From contig RDEW01000031.1 of the NCBI GenBank assembly GCA_011109175.1, forward strand, positions 124,001 through 188,000: a DNA stretch of 64,000 bases, written 5' to 3'. Below the pieces are notes generated by a model that saw only the letters and a list, made by a program, of their open reading frames with translations, ran no database searches and was not told where the DNA came from. The position numbers were made by a program, and so were the translations under genes. The stretch comes from Dicyema japonicum (Eukaryota > Animalia > Dicyemida). This document shows, in pieces, positions 35,830 to 49,769 of the stretch. The number at the start of each line of letters is the position of its first letter. Positions within the stretch are counted from its first letter, which is position 1.

Positions 35830-37420
35830 GCGACTGCACTTTGAAGTCTTTCGATCGATGATTATTCACTCTCTCCATCCTGCATCTAGAAAGACAACCG
35901 TGATCCACTTCCAGAAGTGAACAAGATCATAGTCAGAAACATTCTGGGAGCAATGTGTAAGCTCTCCAGTGACGACAAGATTCTTTTACTAATAAAAAAG
36001 ATGTCCTCGAACAGATCGTCCATAAAATACCCTTCCATAAAATAAAATTTGTATAGACATCTCACATTTTACTGCCACCACAGGTGAAGTACAGACGGAA
36101 CTAGGAAATTGTGTGGCAGATGTCAAGTCTGCCACCTGCTCTCGTCGCACTCGGACTGAACCGTATCCATCCAAATGCGAAGTCATTAACATTATTATCA
36201 CAGAATGACTTTAGTAAAGCAAGAGCTATGATCTGGACTTATCTTAAGTGTATGCCACTTAAATCGAAAACGCGCTCAATGTGACATGAAAATGTCAACT
36301 CTCCTGCAAGAGAAACTTCCATCTGTCCACCATACTTAACAATTCTTGATTCTACGGCGCTATTTTTCCTCAGGAATATCCATCTCACACTTTTTTTTTA
36401 CTAACAGCTCCTGTTCCACGGACATGTAATTTCTAATCGACTAGAGACAATGACTTGCCTAAGGAAGAAACACTTAATATTTCATTTGATAAAATTTGCT
36501 AGATTCAGTGTAAATTATTGCTACTCTGTGAGATATTTGGGATCCGCTTACTGTTTGAACTCGTCCTCTCAACTTTTCTATTTTCAGTCAATGTTTCTAC
36601 TGGTCTCAGGCGACATATCCTACACCACCTTAACGGATTACAAGATAAAGCAGTAGCATGCACGTCTTCGAAGAGTCTAAGTGTGGAATTCCCGAAGAAC
36701 GTTTATAGACAACGAGACTGGGATAAACCATTATATTCAAAAACTATTGATGAGATAAAACCAGAATCGCCTGGCATATTTTCTGCATCGACGGACGAAA
36801 GTGGTGAATGGCTCATACCTTTCCCATGCACCTCATTTGGGACGTTATTGGATGACGACGCCATAAGAATAGAAATTTACATCCGTCTCAGAGTGGGTGT
36901 CTTCGCGGCCCATTGTGTAAGGGTGATCGACGTTAAAGGTATTTACGCTCTTTCCCTAAGAGGAGTTCAAGGCAAATAGCAATCAACGGAGTTATTGCGT
37001 GTAGACTGGATGTAATCGGATTTCCTGTTTAGCTGAAACCTCTAGGACTGGCCCCAGCCAACAAAAGGCCTGACAGAACAACTCTTTCCACAATTCCTAT
37101 TCTGGGACGCCACTTGTAAGGATGGCCTCTCACCCTCCAACGTCGAAATGACAACAACTCACCTACAATCATTTTCCGGAAAGGGCTAAGACCACAAAGA
37201 AGAACTAATATGAATGTCTCAGAGGACTGTTTATTTTTGAACCAGCCGCCGTGGAAACATCAGGACTTATTGGAATCTGATAACTGACCGTGCTAAATTG
37301 CATCAGCTCACTTATCGCCAGGAGGAAGAAGGATGAGTGAGAAAGGAGCTGAGCATATTTTCTTAAAAATCGTCAGGGGAAATGCGTTTTCAAATTTACC
37401 ACTAATTCGATATTATAATC
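35830..37420. mobile_element. Degenerate CRE-like fragments (weak minus-strand RT-like part 35830-36420; plus-strand C-terminal part 36430-37420)
   Basis: GEWLIPFPCTSFGTLLDDDAIRI, KRPDRTT and FEPAAVETSG match the CRE at 22500-23160. Confidence 0.6.
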
Positions 37421-37839
37421 TAATCTTTCTTATCTAACCTTCCCATTACCACATTAAATGAAAAAATAACTTTTTTTGATCCTTCCTTACTTGCAGATTG
37501 ATCCCATGTGCTCCCAAAAATCTCACATTCATTCTACTCTGGGGAAAAATTTCGGCCTCTCGTAACTTGGGGACCAATCCTTCCTTGGTCTTTACTCTGG
37601 ATTTGAACAAAAAAATATCATTTTACCTCACCAATATCTTCTTACATGGCCAACTCTTTACTATTATCTTCTTGCATTGTAGGTTGCACAAAAAGAATCG
37701 CACGACGTGCGTCGAAGAGTACGCTTTCAAGGGTTTTCTTGAGCGCAGTTGCTTGTACAGTAAAACTCCTTCGATTTTGGGAATTCTAAAAAACTGGCTG
37801 TTAGAAAGAGTAATAAAAAAAAATTTATTTTTTGGTAAA

Positions 37840-38120
37840 CTAATTATCAAGTGTGTTGTTAACCCAATTTCCTTTCTTCAACGCTTTTGAAATTTGATTT
37901 TGCGGAAAAGTTTTCACATCGTAATCTTCATCAGAAAATTTGGTCAGGGAGAAAATAGGAAGATCCTTTAACGACTGTGTCGTGACAGAAAAACACGTAG
38001 CCTCACAGGTGGGATCTGTTTGACGACCTTCGTTAAAAATTTCATTTTTCGGATTTGAACCCACGACTGTCAGATAGATGTTAAGTTCAGCCAGAAAGCC
38101 TAAAGTTGAGACCAAGGGTA
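37840..38120 (-). mobile_element. SINE family B fragment
   Basis: ggctttctggctgaac...gtcgtgggttcaaatccgaa head, as at 56205. Confidence 0.6.
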
Positions 38121-38229
38121 AAATCAAACTAACTAATTCCGGTATCCTGACGTGTAGCAGCAGAACCTTCACTCAAGAACAGTGATCCAGAGGACGTTGT
38201 CCGAAGAGCTGAGGTCAATTCCTGAACTC

Positions 38230-38420
38230 ATCGCCAAGGAACTAAATTGTCTCCTGGTGGAATGAATAGCTGGATTTTTTGCCTGCGAGGCATCGGACGT
38301 CTCCTAAGTAAGGTGGATTCATTGACGCCATTAAAGGGAGGGAAGAGAAATTTTCAACCAATTAGCCACATAGCACACAGCGCCACGAGGATGTTTAGAT
38401 TAAGCCGCCTGGTGGAATTT
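38230..38420 (-). mobile_element. Ingi-derived non-autonomous element, 5' part with HDV-like fold
   Basis: Homologous to 5160-5335. Confidence 0.6.
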
Positions 38421-38559
38421 CCAATTTATAATTAAAAAATGTTAAATCAAAATTTGAACATTTTTTACAAAATCTACTAAAAATGTTCAGTCAGGGTTAT
38501 TCGAGAAAATAAATATTGACATTAGTTTAGACCTGCGCTTCCTGATTCGTTTTGAATTT

Positions 38560-39400
38560 GCATCCCCGATTTTAGACCTAGCAGAATTCTAATTTTATTC
38601 ATAAAAATTAGTTACGTTCCTTGAGACTTTTCCTGCCTTTTAGTTTTAATTAATCCTTCAAAACGTGCATAATAATAATGTATGAACAGTCTATGATTCA
38701 AAGCCCTTCTTTAAATGAAATTGACGATTTTGACACACTAGTATGAAGGATACAATAAGTAACTGTTACATCTGGAACATGTTTTCTCAAAAAGGATGCA
38801 AACTCAGACCTGTTTCTCAGCATAACTGGAGCACCGTCCGTGGAAATTGACCCGATAATTTTTAATGGAATATCATGTTCATCAAAAAAAGTTTCAATTA
38901 CATGGAAAATATTTTTTGCAGAAGCTTCCGTTTCGAGAGGTTTGCAAAAAAAAAACTTTTCCGCAATTAAATTTTCTTGTACATACAAACAAAGCCAATT
39001 AGTTGACTGCAATTATCAATATCGGTAGATTCATCCAACTGGATTGAAATCCTGATAAAATAATATCTTCATGTCCGAAACAACTTGTTTAAGAACATCA
39101 CATGATATTATATTAATTGGATCCAGGATACAATTATTTGACAAAAGAATTTGCTGCAGTTTACGAGAGGCGTCTGGACCCAGAACTGTTTTTCACCATT
39201 TCCAATGCACACGGCTTAATAAGAATCTCTGCAATAGTAATGTGGATTCTTTCATTTCGCAACTTCATATGCTACTTCGAATAACGCCAAAAATAACGGA
39301 TTGTCAATTCAGGTAAATACAAGCTTCGGAATTGTTCCTTGGATATCGTATCGTGACTTTTAGCCTTCAAACATTCAAAATTATTTCCTGAACGATGACA
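38560..39400 (-). mobile_element. hAT (Buster/ZBED5-like) transposase remnant
   Basis: EKFFFCKPLET...IFHVIETFF...ISTDGAPVM...YCILH. Confidence 0.8.
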
Positions 39401-39959
39401 AAAAATAGCAAAGATGATAAAAAAAGCAACAAAAATATAAAAATTATTTCATCAAAAATACATCAATCGAAACAAATTTAATTTTATTACTAATCAATGA
39501 TAATGAGTCATATAAACATCAAAGTCGAAAAAGTATTAAATTTATACAAAATAACGCTCTTAAAAATACCAATTTTTAATATTTAAATGAAATAATCAGA
39601 CTGTATTTGTAGCGAAATATGATGTTGATGATTATTATTAGAATATGAAGGCACCTGATAGCTATTATACGTACAGCATCTTGAAAATGATCCCCTGAGT
39701 TCTTTCCATTTTGGGTCGGATTAGACTTGAACTTCGATCTCGTGCATCCGAAAAAAGAAATTTGGGTTTCTGATATTTTCTGAGTAGTCTTTCGCCCAAG
39801 TGACGTGAAGAAAGAAGACAAAGGGAAATCTTATAATAAATATTTAAAATTTATTTAATTTTATTTAATTTTATTAATTTAATAATTTTATTTTAGTTAA
39901 AATAACATTTTTTTAATTTGAATTTAACTTATTCAATTCTGTTTGCTGTTAACAGTAAT

Positions 39960-40790
39960 GTCTGCATAATTGAAACGCTTTTGGCTGTTATAAAATTTAT
40001 AACGAAATGGAACAACCATTGAAAGTTATATTAAGGAAGGTAGTTAATATGTTTTACCAAATTGTAGGAGAAACAGCAAGAAACAAAGTTCAACCGTACG
40101 CATATAACATTTACGACTCAACAGTCTCCGTTCCCTGCTCATTAATTTATGATAATTGGTTGAATAGGATTGAATATAATTTAGTACGACTTTCTTATCG
40201 TTGAAGGAAAATGTCCCAATTCCTGTAGTACTGAACAGTTACTGTGTGGTCTTTTATGCCACCAATATTTGCAAGAGAAATATTTTGTTTTTAATCAATT
40301 CTTTAACGAAATTGGAAAATTGTGGGATTGTCGATTTTGCTAAAACAAAATCATAGTTACTATTTTTGTTTATTTTTAGTCTCCAATTTTCCACCGTTGT
40401 CAACCATGTTGAATGGGTTATTAGTTCCGAAAATTCTGACTATGAGGAAGGATCTAGTATGAATAATTTTCGGTATTTGATCTATTCATTATAAAATATT
40501 TTATTCTAAAATTATGCTAAATATTTGTTTTTCTTAAATATTGATTATTTTAGTGAAATTGCAACTCAAACTGAAAGCCATTATCTGGAGTATCAGAAAC
40601 TAAAAATGAAATTAAAAGGATGAGATGTGATAAAGGAACTCAAGTGATCAGTTTATTAATTTTTAGATTGACGTAAGTTTGTTATCAGGTCGCAAAATCT
40701 CTGGTAATGCCCGACTGGTTGTTCCTCGAGTTAATTTGGAGGAAATAAAAAAATCTGGAATTAAAATAGTCAAATATATCTGTAAAAAAT
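39960..40790 (+). CDS. Possible multi-exon gene of unknown product
   Basis: Open segments separated by GT-AG introns; no recognisable motif. Confidence 0.3.
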
Positions 40791-40928
40791 GAACTCTAAT
40801 TATATCTTTGTAAAATAAAATCTTATATTTTTAATTTAATAAGTGAAGTTTTAAATTCTGGTTATTTTATTTTTTTGCGTTTAATCATTCGTACTGAAGA
40901 ACATGATAAATCCATCCTTACTGACTTG

Positions 40929-41250
40929 GCCGGTGGCGCAGTGTAACGAGTGCTGGATAAGAGACCTGATGACCCATAGCTCGAATCTTGCTGCTGTACA
41001 TTCTGATTGAAAGTTCCACGCATATACAATGCTTTGGCTTGACGAGTGACGTCGTCATCAGTGAACATTTCACTTCGGAACCGGATCGTCTACAAAAGGA
41101 CTCACCCAACAGAAAGAAAAAAGAAGTGAAAAGCATTCCTTGATTCTCCCTCATCGATTAGCTATGATAACTGTTTAATTAAAATAAAGTGTGTGGGAGG
41201 AACTATAACTAATATGGCTCTTCTTAAAGTGGGATATTATTATTAATAAT
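40929..41250 (+). mobile_element. tRNA-derived SINE, family A
   Basis: gccggtggcgcagtg A-box, gctcgaatc B-box, hairpin core and tail ending in tattattattaataat. Confidence 0.8.
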
Positions 41251-42719
41251 GCCAAATGAAGCAATAAAGAAATGGTCCTACTAATATGAACTATGTTGAA
41301 ATTACAATGATTTTGTTTAAGGTACAATTTATTAGATCTCATAGTAGAAGAGGATTTTCTGAATATCTAATTTGGGGAAAAAGATATTATTTAAAAAAAA
41401 ATTTTTTTTAACAATTAAACAAATGTCAGTTGAGGAAGCCTGCTGCGTGGATTGCGAACGAGTTCCCTCGGAGTATGGCTATTCCTATCTTTTGTTTTAG
41501 CCATAACCCTTCTCGTTAAAAAAAATTGAAATACAAACTGCTGAATTGACAAAAAAGGTAGAATTTAATATATACCCTGAAATATCTGATAATTCTTTAA
41601 ATCTAGTAGGCGAGGTTGAAGATACAGACGATATTAATGTGGTAAAATTGACTAATAATGTTATTTGGCTCTTCAAGTATAAAAATACTTTAAACAGCCT
41701 GAATTGTTTGATTTAAATGGAATGAATGGGTTATATCAAATTTCAAAAGCGATAAAAAAATTGGGTTAACAACTCAATTGATAATTGGTTTATCAAAAAT
41801 AAATTTTCCTTTATTAATCCTTCTAACCGCATAAAAGTGTCCTGACTGAGTGGAACTATAGCTAATATGGTGTTTTCTCGGGAACCAGCTCATTTTCTGT
41901 GGTAAATACTTTAAAAAACTGAAAATTACTTTGAAGATTAAAATAAGTAGCTATATATGATAATTGGTTATTTTAGTAATAACGTGATTCATTCAATTTT
42001 ATCAAATATAGTAACAATTTAGGTAATTTTAATCAAAAATCAATTAACCAACAGATTTGATTCATTCCGAATATTAGTAACACATATGATAAATAAAAAA
42101 TCAATTTTATATGTTACTTCAGTTATATTTTTGTATTTGGCCTAGATATTTATCGACGTAAAAATACAATATTATCAACATAATAACATACACAATAACA
42201 CATCATCCTATCTATGCTGCCTCTGACAGATGATAATTCAACTTCTTTCAATTTCGGGTTAAATGGAATTCAAATCCCGATCTTTCGTGCATCGATATTT
42301 CCTTTATATAGAACGATGAAATTGATGAATTAAGGGAGGAAAATGTGGAGGATCCAGTATCGGACGAAGGCTTGCTTCAAAGATATGTGAGCCTTTGAAG
42401 GACTCTGATTGATGCAGAGGCTCGAAATAGCAGTAATCAGTGGGAACGCCTTCGAAATCCTGCCGTTTTAGCTAAAAAATTTTGCTTGTTTTCTTTTTTC
42501 CAAAATTAAAATTTTTAAAGTGCTATATTTATAAATGCCATATTTTGTGGTTTATAAATGCTATAATGATATTTTTAAATGACTGTTTTTAATTTTAACT
42601 GCTATAAAAAATTGCCACACTGCATGGATCAAATTATAAAAATTATAATTTTTAAATAATCGGTTAGAGATTATTTATAGTGACTTGGTTGGTTATCTTT
42701 GTTGATTAATGTGTTACTT

Positions 42720-45578
42720 ATAGTTCAATTACTTTTTTTTGATATATGCAAATACGATCGAAAAATCATGCAATTGATTGAATGAATTTTTTAATGGTAT
42801 AAATGAGTACCCTAATAAAATTATCAAAAATAAAACCTTCGTTTAAAAAAATCACTGGAATCATATTTTGTCCGATTATATTTTCATTTTTATTTTCTAC
42901 TGAAATTCGCAACATACACATGCGACAATTCCAAACCTATTGTCATTAATTCAAAAAACCTTCTCTAAAATGATTTTCTTATTTAATTTCTTGGTGAGTT
43001 TATTATAATTTGAATTTAATTTAATTTTTGTTTCATTTTTATACGTTCCAAATATTCTTATTCGGAAATAAAGAACTCCTTTCAATGGCAGTTTCATGCA
43101 CAGTGATATCAGCTAAAATTGAATAAAAATATTGTAACGTTTATTTCAAGATCAATAGTTTCCAAAATCTGGTTATTTAAAGGCGGTTTTAATATATATC
43201 CGTATGTTTATTATAATTAAAAAACGATAGATTTGCTTGCATATTTTCATCTCAAATAAATTGTATCAATTTACCTAAAGTCTGAAAATTCATTGCAACC
43301 ATTTGACAGCCAACGGTCCAAAAATACTACAAATATTCACAAAGATAACCATTGGATTATAATTAGATGAATTAATTCTTGTTTTCTTAGGATATATTCT
43401 TGAAATCCGACTTTCGTTGTATCTTTAATTTTTTATCATTAAAAAGTCAAACTTACTAAAAACTCTCATTTGACTTTCTATTTGACTTGTAGCCAGAGTT
43501 TCGTTAAACGATGTCATTAGATATCTCGTATCGTGTTCTAGATTTTGAATATATAACAACCAATCAACTTATCCATAGATGAAAATGGAACTGACTGAAA
43601 ATAATTAGCGATTGATTTCAAATTTTCCGAAATTGAGCTATCTTCTGTTTGGACTTCCTTTAAAATAATATTGTCGCAAACAATTGAGAAACTTTTCCGT
43701 CTATCAATTTCGCATAGTTCACACCAGTCATCCGTGTGTTTTGCAATTTCACCTGATCATCAAAATAAAATTTACATATGCATTTGTTACTTATAAAATG
43801 AAAACTAGAAGCTGAAGTTGATTGTTCAATTTCAAGTTTTGACATTTTTTCTGAAAATAAAATTAATTGTGTGACTGGATGATTTAATTTTGGTTTTTAT
43901 TAAAATTTTATTTTTTAATTTGTTTGGACTTGGAATTGGGACGGAAATTTTTAACTAGATAATTTTTATAATCTAATACTGGATGGTCTTCTAAAGGTTT
44001 GCTTATAAGCAGATCTCCAAATATTTCCTTAATATATTTAACCATTTTCTGTTCAACTTTTTTTCTTTTAAAAAAATTAAAAAAAATTTACGAGCAGTGA
44101 TTTTCGATTGAGAGAATTACAGGATATTCTGAAGTTTTAAAAGCGCTTTCTGCAATTGCACTGATTACGCTCTTCAGAGTTAATTGTTTGATTACTTTGA
44201 AAGATATAACTGAACAGACCGAATATCCATGTGTAATAATTGGTTCTGAATTATTTCCATCCCAACAATCCAATTCTACACAACGACATCCTTTAGTCAA
44301 TATCAAATTATAATTTTCTACTATCGATTTTCCTCCAACTTGATTTCCTTTAAATAATCATTTGTAATCACCTAAATACGTATTATGTGACGAATTTATG
44401 AAATATTCGTTCATTGGACGATCCATGTCATCCATTTTATCAAAATTTTCCAAATCCATATACATGTGATGTTTGCTTAGCAGAAATTTGAGCATTCCTT
44501 CAGTAGAAATTAATCCTTAAATAAATAAACGAAATACCATCATTTTTCAAATTTTCGTTGTTTTCAAATGAGATGATTATTTGATTCGCAATGTCTTGAA
44601 TAGAAATTTCAGAATCCAAGTCTTTATATTTATACACTTCGTCCTCCAAAAACTTCAGCAACTGATTAGTAGTCAGGTAAGGATTACCGCCAGAATACCT
44701 AAAAGGTTCAGTTAACAAATTTAACTTGTGAAATATCATTCTAAACCCAATTCTATTTGATATTCCCATATAAAACATGAAGAAGTGATGAAAGGTAAAG
44801 TTTTCAACAGTCAAAACCGAATTCTTGATCGAATTTAATGATTGAATACCTTTTCTAATAATATGTTTGCATAATTTAATGCTTTTTTAATTTTATTTTC
44901 TCCATACTGCATATAATTTTTTGTTAATCTTAATAAGCAAAAACAGAACTTTTCAAGTTTTATTGAGCCGTAATTTTTCATTATTAATTTATATCTGGCA
45001 AATACTTTTTTCAGTTGATTCAAAGGAGAAATATTGGCTAATATGGAATTTTGTAAAATTGCTAATAAAATACTTGCAAACTTCTAAAATTATGGAAATT
45101 TGAATTATTTGGTTAAAGTGGAATTAATGAGTTAAATTTACCCGAGCCAATTTAGTCTTATAAAATACAAAAGTTAATGTGTCTGTGTTTGAGAAACTGT
45201 TCCCAATTGTTATCGTAATTGACTTTTTTTCTTTTATAACCACATTTTCTTTACTCGATTGTCGATAATGTTTGATTTCCTAAAAATTTAAATTATAGAA
45301 AATTAAACTTCATTAAAAGACGATCGTAGTCCTGACTTTACATCGATTATTATGCTTGTATTGATACAATACATTTTCTATATTAGACTTATTTTATTTT
45401 AAAAATCAAAACTTTATCGCTCATAATCCAAAAAATGTAAAATCCGTGTTCTTCTATTCCGAGCTTTATTATTTCCCCACTTTGATTCATCTAATTTTAC
45501 TAGAAAAATTTGTACTAGAGAAAATTTTAAGCAATATGCTTCCTTAAAATCCTCAATAGAATTAATAATCTCATCCAT
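42720..45578 (-). CDS. PLCB: Phosphoinositide phospholipase C, beta-type, multi-exon (3' end approximate)
   Basis: PH-like GFYIFW, X-domain [15 protein letters not shown]...[19 protein letters not shown]...[11 protein letters not shown], and Y-domain [15 protein letters not shown]. Confidence 0.9.
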
Positions 45579-46342
45579 TTACGATTCATTTTTACTAATG
45601 TTATATACTGAAAGCTTTATGGTTGATTAAAACCATTACGCATGTGACTAATTGAATTTTTTAATTTTTTATTCATTTGAAATTTATCAAATTAAAGCAT
45701 TATGGAATTAATGTTACAGTAGGTTATTGATGGTACCTTTTCACAATATGATGGGTTTTTTTCGACTATATAAGTAACATTTTTGATTAATTAAAAATAA
45801 ACAATCAAGTAAATTTTGAAGAGACTCAGTGTTTGAGGATTATTTTTCTTTAATTTTGTAGAGATAATTTTTTTAAAGTAAACAATACAAACATTCCATA
45901 TTTCCAATTTTAAATAGTAGAATAGTTATTGTTTTATTTTCTGTTGCGTTTTAGTCAATGCTGAGGGAGCAAATTTCATGATTGATTTATCATTAACACA
46001 AAAATATTAAATTCCGTAAATTTATGGAAAAATATTCAATTCCGTAATTATGGATATAAACTAACACTATTTCTAGAAAAAATCAATTTTTACAAGTCAC
46101 TGTGATTAAAATGCGATTTAGTTTCAGTTTTACAATTTATTTGATCAGTTAGTCGAATGGTTAATTGATCGGAAGGTATAGGTGATGACGTACCACCATT
46201 GAACTAATTGTCTACTTTTCTACATGGTAGATGAAAGTCCTTTTCCATCAAACATGACGAGGTGATGGACTCAGGATATCCGAAAATTTGAACAAAGGAG
46301 GTGTCGGATGCAAGGAGAACCCTAGTTCTAATTTCGTCGAAT

Positions 46343-46654
46343 TTATTTAATAACCCCGGATACACCGAGAAAGAAGTTAAAGTAAACAACTAATTAAGTG
46401 TATCTAGTTTCCACTTGCACAGAAACAGAGTCCATCCGGAATCAACATAAAGGGTAAAAGACGTACATACCTTCAGTTGTGGAAACCCCTCCAGTGGAAT
46501 GGGGGAGAGCAAATGATCCTTTTTTGTGCCGGCTTGGCACTGGGCGCCACCTAGACAGGTGGATCACATGACGCCACTCTAATAGGAAAAGAGAAGAGGA
46601 ACAGACGAACAAACAGAAACTTCAACCAATTAGCCACGAAGCACCACATGGCGC
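46343..46654 (-). mobile_element. Complete 312-bp non-autonomous Ingi-derived element with HDV-like fold
   Basis: TSD cgtcgaat (46335-46342 / 46655-46662). The 5' part aligns with 23384-23470 and the 3' end with the Ingi-like tail. Confidence 0.8.
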
Positions 46655-46935
46655 CGTCGAATGTGAAATTGAACGAACTTGGAAAATCATTTGTAGGAAG
46701 CTGCATGTATAAGATGATAGTTAATATGATTCTATGTATGTTGCTAATAATAATTTTTTTGAAATTTGTTCAATGATTTTTGCGTCACAATTCTTCTACG
46801 CATTAACTTTATGTCCAATTTAACATTTTTTATGATTGTTTGATTATGCATAATAACAAAATTCTGAAATTAATAGAAATTTAATTAACCAAAAATTGAT
46901 AATTCATATAAAAATACTAAAAATTTCAATCTTAA

Positions 46936-47951
46936 ATGGTGACAGGTATCGATGTAAAAATTATTTAGAATTTCGAAAGCTAACACTAGAACTTGCGGCA
47001 TTTGCAGAAAAACTCGCTCTTTTGGCGGGAAAAGTATATTCTTAATTAATTAGCAGATGATGATAGATGAATTAAAACTGGGCTTAAAAGTCGATGAAAA
47101 ATCTTCTTGTCATGATCTTGTTACAAATTCAGATATTGCGATTGAAAATAAACTCAAAGAAATTATATTAAAACGTTACAAAAATCATATGTATTTGATT
47201 TTATTTTTTTCAGAGTAATTGGGGAAGAAATGTGTCATTTTCTCGGATACCGTGGACTTAGTGATGATGTAACGTGGATTATTGATCCAATCGACGGAAC
47301 ACGGAATTATGTTCACGGATATCAAAGTTTTTGCATTTCTATTGCTGTCACTTGCTTTAAAAACGTAGATGTAAATATCAGTTTAGCTGACGATAGGAGT
47401 AGTCTATAATCCTATGAAAAAAGACATGTACACAGCAATCTCTGGATGTGGAGCACGTAAAAATGGAAAACCAATATCATGCTCAAACATTAAAAGTTTT
47501 TTGAATTAAATTACATTCTTTTAAATTTAGAACTTGAAAGTGCTCTCATAATAGTTGAACGTGGTAGGTTACGCTCTGAAAAAATTATCTTAAAAACTAT
47601 TGAGAATAATAATCGAATCATGACTAAAGCAGGAGCGTAGAAACAAAATATAAAATTATTTTTAGTGTTAGAATGAATGGGAGTGCTGCTTTGAATCTTT
47701 GTTATGTGGCTGAAGGTAGTGCAGATGGATATTTTGAATTTGGAATTTATATTTGGGATTATGCTGCAGGTGTTTTAATAGCAAAAGAAGCTGGCGCATG
47801 TGTAATAAATCCGCACGGTAGTTAGTTGAAAAATTTAATTACAGGTGGTGCTGTGGATCTTTTTAATCGCTGTGTTTTATGCGCTTCAACAGAAATACTA
47901 GCTTCGGATATAAACGGCCTAATTGAAGAAATTCACTTTGATCGAGACTAA
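46936..47951 (+). CDS. IMPA1: Inositol monophosphatase, multi-exon
   Basis: DLVT..D, IGEE, TWIIDPIDGT.NYVHG, GVVYNP, R.NGSAALNLCYVAEG..DGYFEFG..IWDYAAG; the first intron is 23 nt (46946-46968). Confidence 0.95.
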
Positions 47952-48089
47952 GAATTTGGAAGTTTAAATTCAGTTCTTTTGATTATTTTAGCATTTAAGT
48001 TTAAATTAAAATGAATATTAATCATTTCTTTCTTAATAGTGCTAAATATAAAAAAAATTTGATATTTTCCGAAAAATTCATTTTATATG

Positions 48090-48460
48090 GAGGTCAAAAA
48101 ACATGAATTGGGAATAAAGTTACTTCTGGGAAATGGCAGCTAATTGGACATATCCTAAGAGCTTCTGAAATGGCACCGGCCAATCAGGCCATGGAATCAT
48201 ACTTTTATGTATTAAACTAAACAACGTATCGAGGTCGACAATGAACAACGTTGCCGTCGAGGCTCGACAAAGAACTCACTTGCATAGGAAGAAAACTGAT
48301 AACAGGAGAGGATCTGGATGATCTGAGGGCGGATGCGAGAAACAGAGGAGGATGGAACGACTCACAGCGTGTATCAAGAGATGTATGGCGAAAGTGGAAT
48401 CTCAAATTAGTCAACTTTTCTGGTTCCGCAGACAATGCTAATAATAATAATTATAATATG
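48090..48460 (+). mobile_element. RTE-X-like LINE 3' fragment with (TAA)n tail
   Basis: GHILR...RGRQ.TTLPSRLDKEL...DLDDLR...RGGW, ending gctaataataataa. Confidence 0.65.
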
Positions 48461-48959
48461 GATGTCAAAAGATTTCCTCTTTGCTCTTTTCCTTTTCAAT
48501 TCCTAGAGGCGTCACTGGATTTACATAACTCAGTATACATTTAATTTCTGGCCAACATTTAAAGAGGGTCCTTCTATCCTCTACTCCTGTGGATGGGTTC
48601 CCATAATGGTGGATACTGGGAAAGGACGAGATACTTGGAAAGGATATATACTACTCCAACCAAAAAACTAGGTTATTTAAAAAAATATATACATTGGGAT
48701 CGCATCAATTTAAAAAAATTAATTAAATTAGATGAAGTGGCTGGAGAAACTACTGGGTATTTCATACGTCGTGGCTCTTAAATGTAACCAGACGGCCCAG
48801 CTTCTTGAAGAATCGAAGCGATTTTCCGCTTATTTCTCCAGTTGTCTCAACTAGGACGTCCCAGAACGTGAATCGGTCTAACGGCACTTGCTTTTTTACT
48901 TGGCCTTTACAGATAAAATTATATCCTCAATTAAATTAAAAGTATTATTTTAATACACA

Positions 48960-49420
48960 TTAATGACTTTTAGAACTCCAGCTGTTCTGATGACATCGGA
49001 TCTGATGTCGTGGGTTCGAATTCGAATGATGGAGTTTCTGCGGAGATCAATTCTTGTCAAACAGTTCCCATACGTGAAGCGACGAGTCCTTCTTCACGAT
49101 ACAGTTGTTGAAATGGATTTTCCTACCTTTCTCCTGGCCAAATCAACTGTGAAGATATTCCATTATGAAAACTCTTCCGCTAAAAAATGAAGTGATGTCT
49201 TGGCCCGTAGGAAGTGCGACAAAAATGGATGGGGCGGGCCTACTACATCACCTCTCTTCGGAAGCGTAAGAGTGTAATGGACTATAGCAGGATATAATTG
49301 TTTGCACAAACAGACCCTCTCCCTTTGGTTCCTTCCTTGTATTAATTCATTGTGACTATTTGTGCTGGATATGTTTACCAAATAATGTAAGCCTGGGGTT
49401 AATAAATAAAAATATAAAAA
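48960..49420 (+). mobile_element. SINE family B
   Basis: gtcgtgggttcgaa B-box; body and tail (tgtaagcctggggttaataaataaa) homologous to 122-566. Confidence 0.65.
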
Positions 49421-49769
49421 ATTAGAACTACAAAAAATAAATTAATCAAATTTTGTCGATACTATATTGAAGGTTTTCCCTTTCCTTTTTCAGGGATCGA
49501 TAAATTATACTCAATCCAACTATATACTCTGCTTCAAAAGTCACTTTGTCAGAGTCAGATGAATCAACATAAAACAATACCTTTAGTTTTCTGAATAGGG
49601 AAACCTATCTGAAAACAAGATCATCCAATCAGAACAATCCAGTTCAGCACCTGACCTATTATTATTTTATTATTAGACGTGACCTTTTATTATTTTTGAT
49701 AATACACCTGATTACAAGAACCGTTAGTAAATTTAAGTCTTACAAGTTAGTAAAACGTTGTGAATCTAA

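Noticed and set aside
48985-49020. CTGATGA plus hairpin in SINE B heads
   Set aside because: Followed by the B-box rather than GAAA; it is the tRNA-derived arm.
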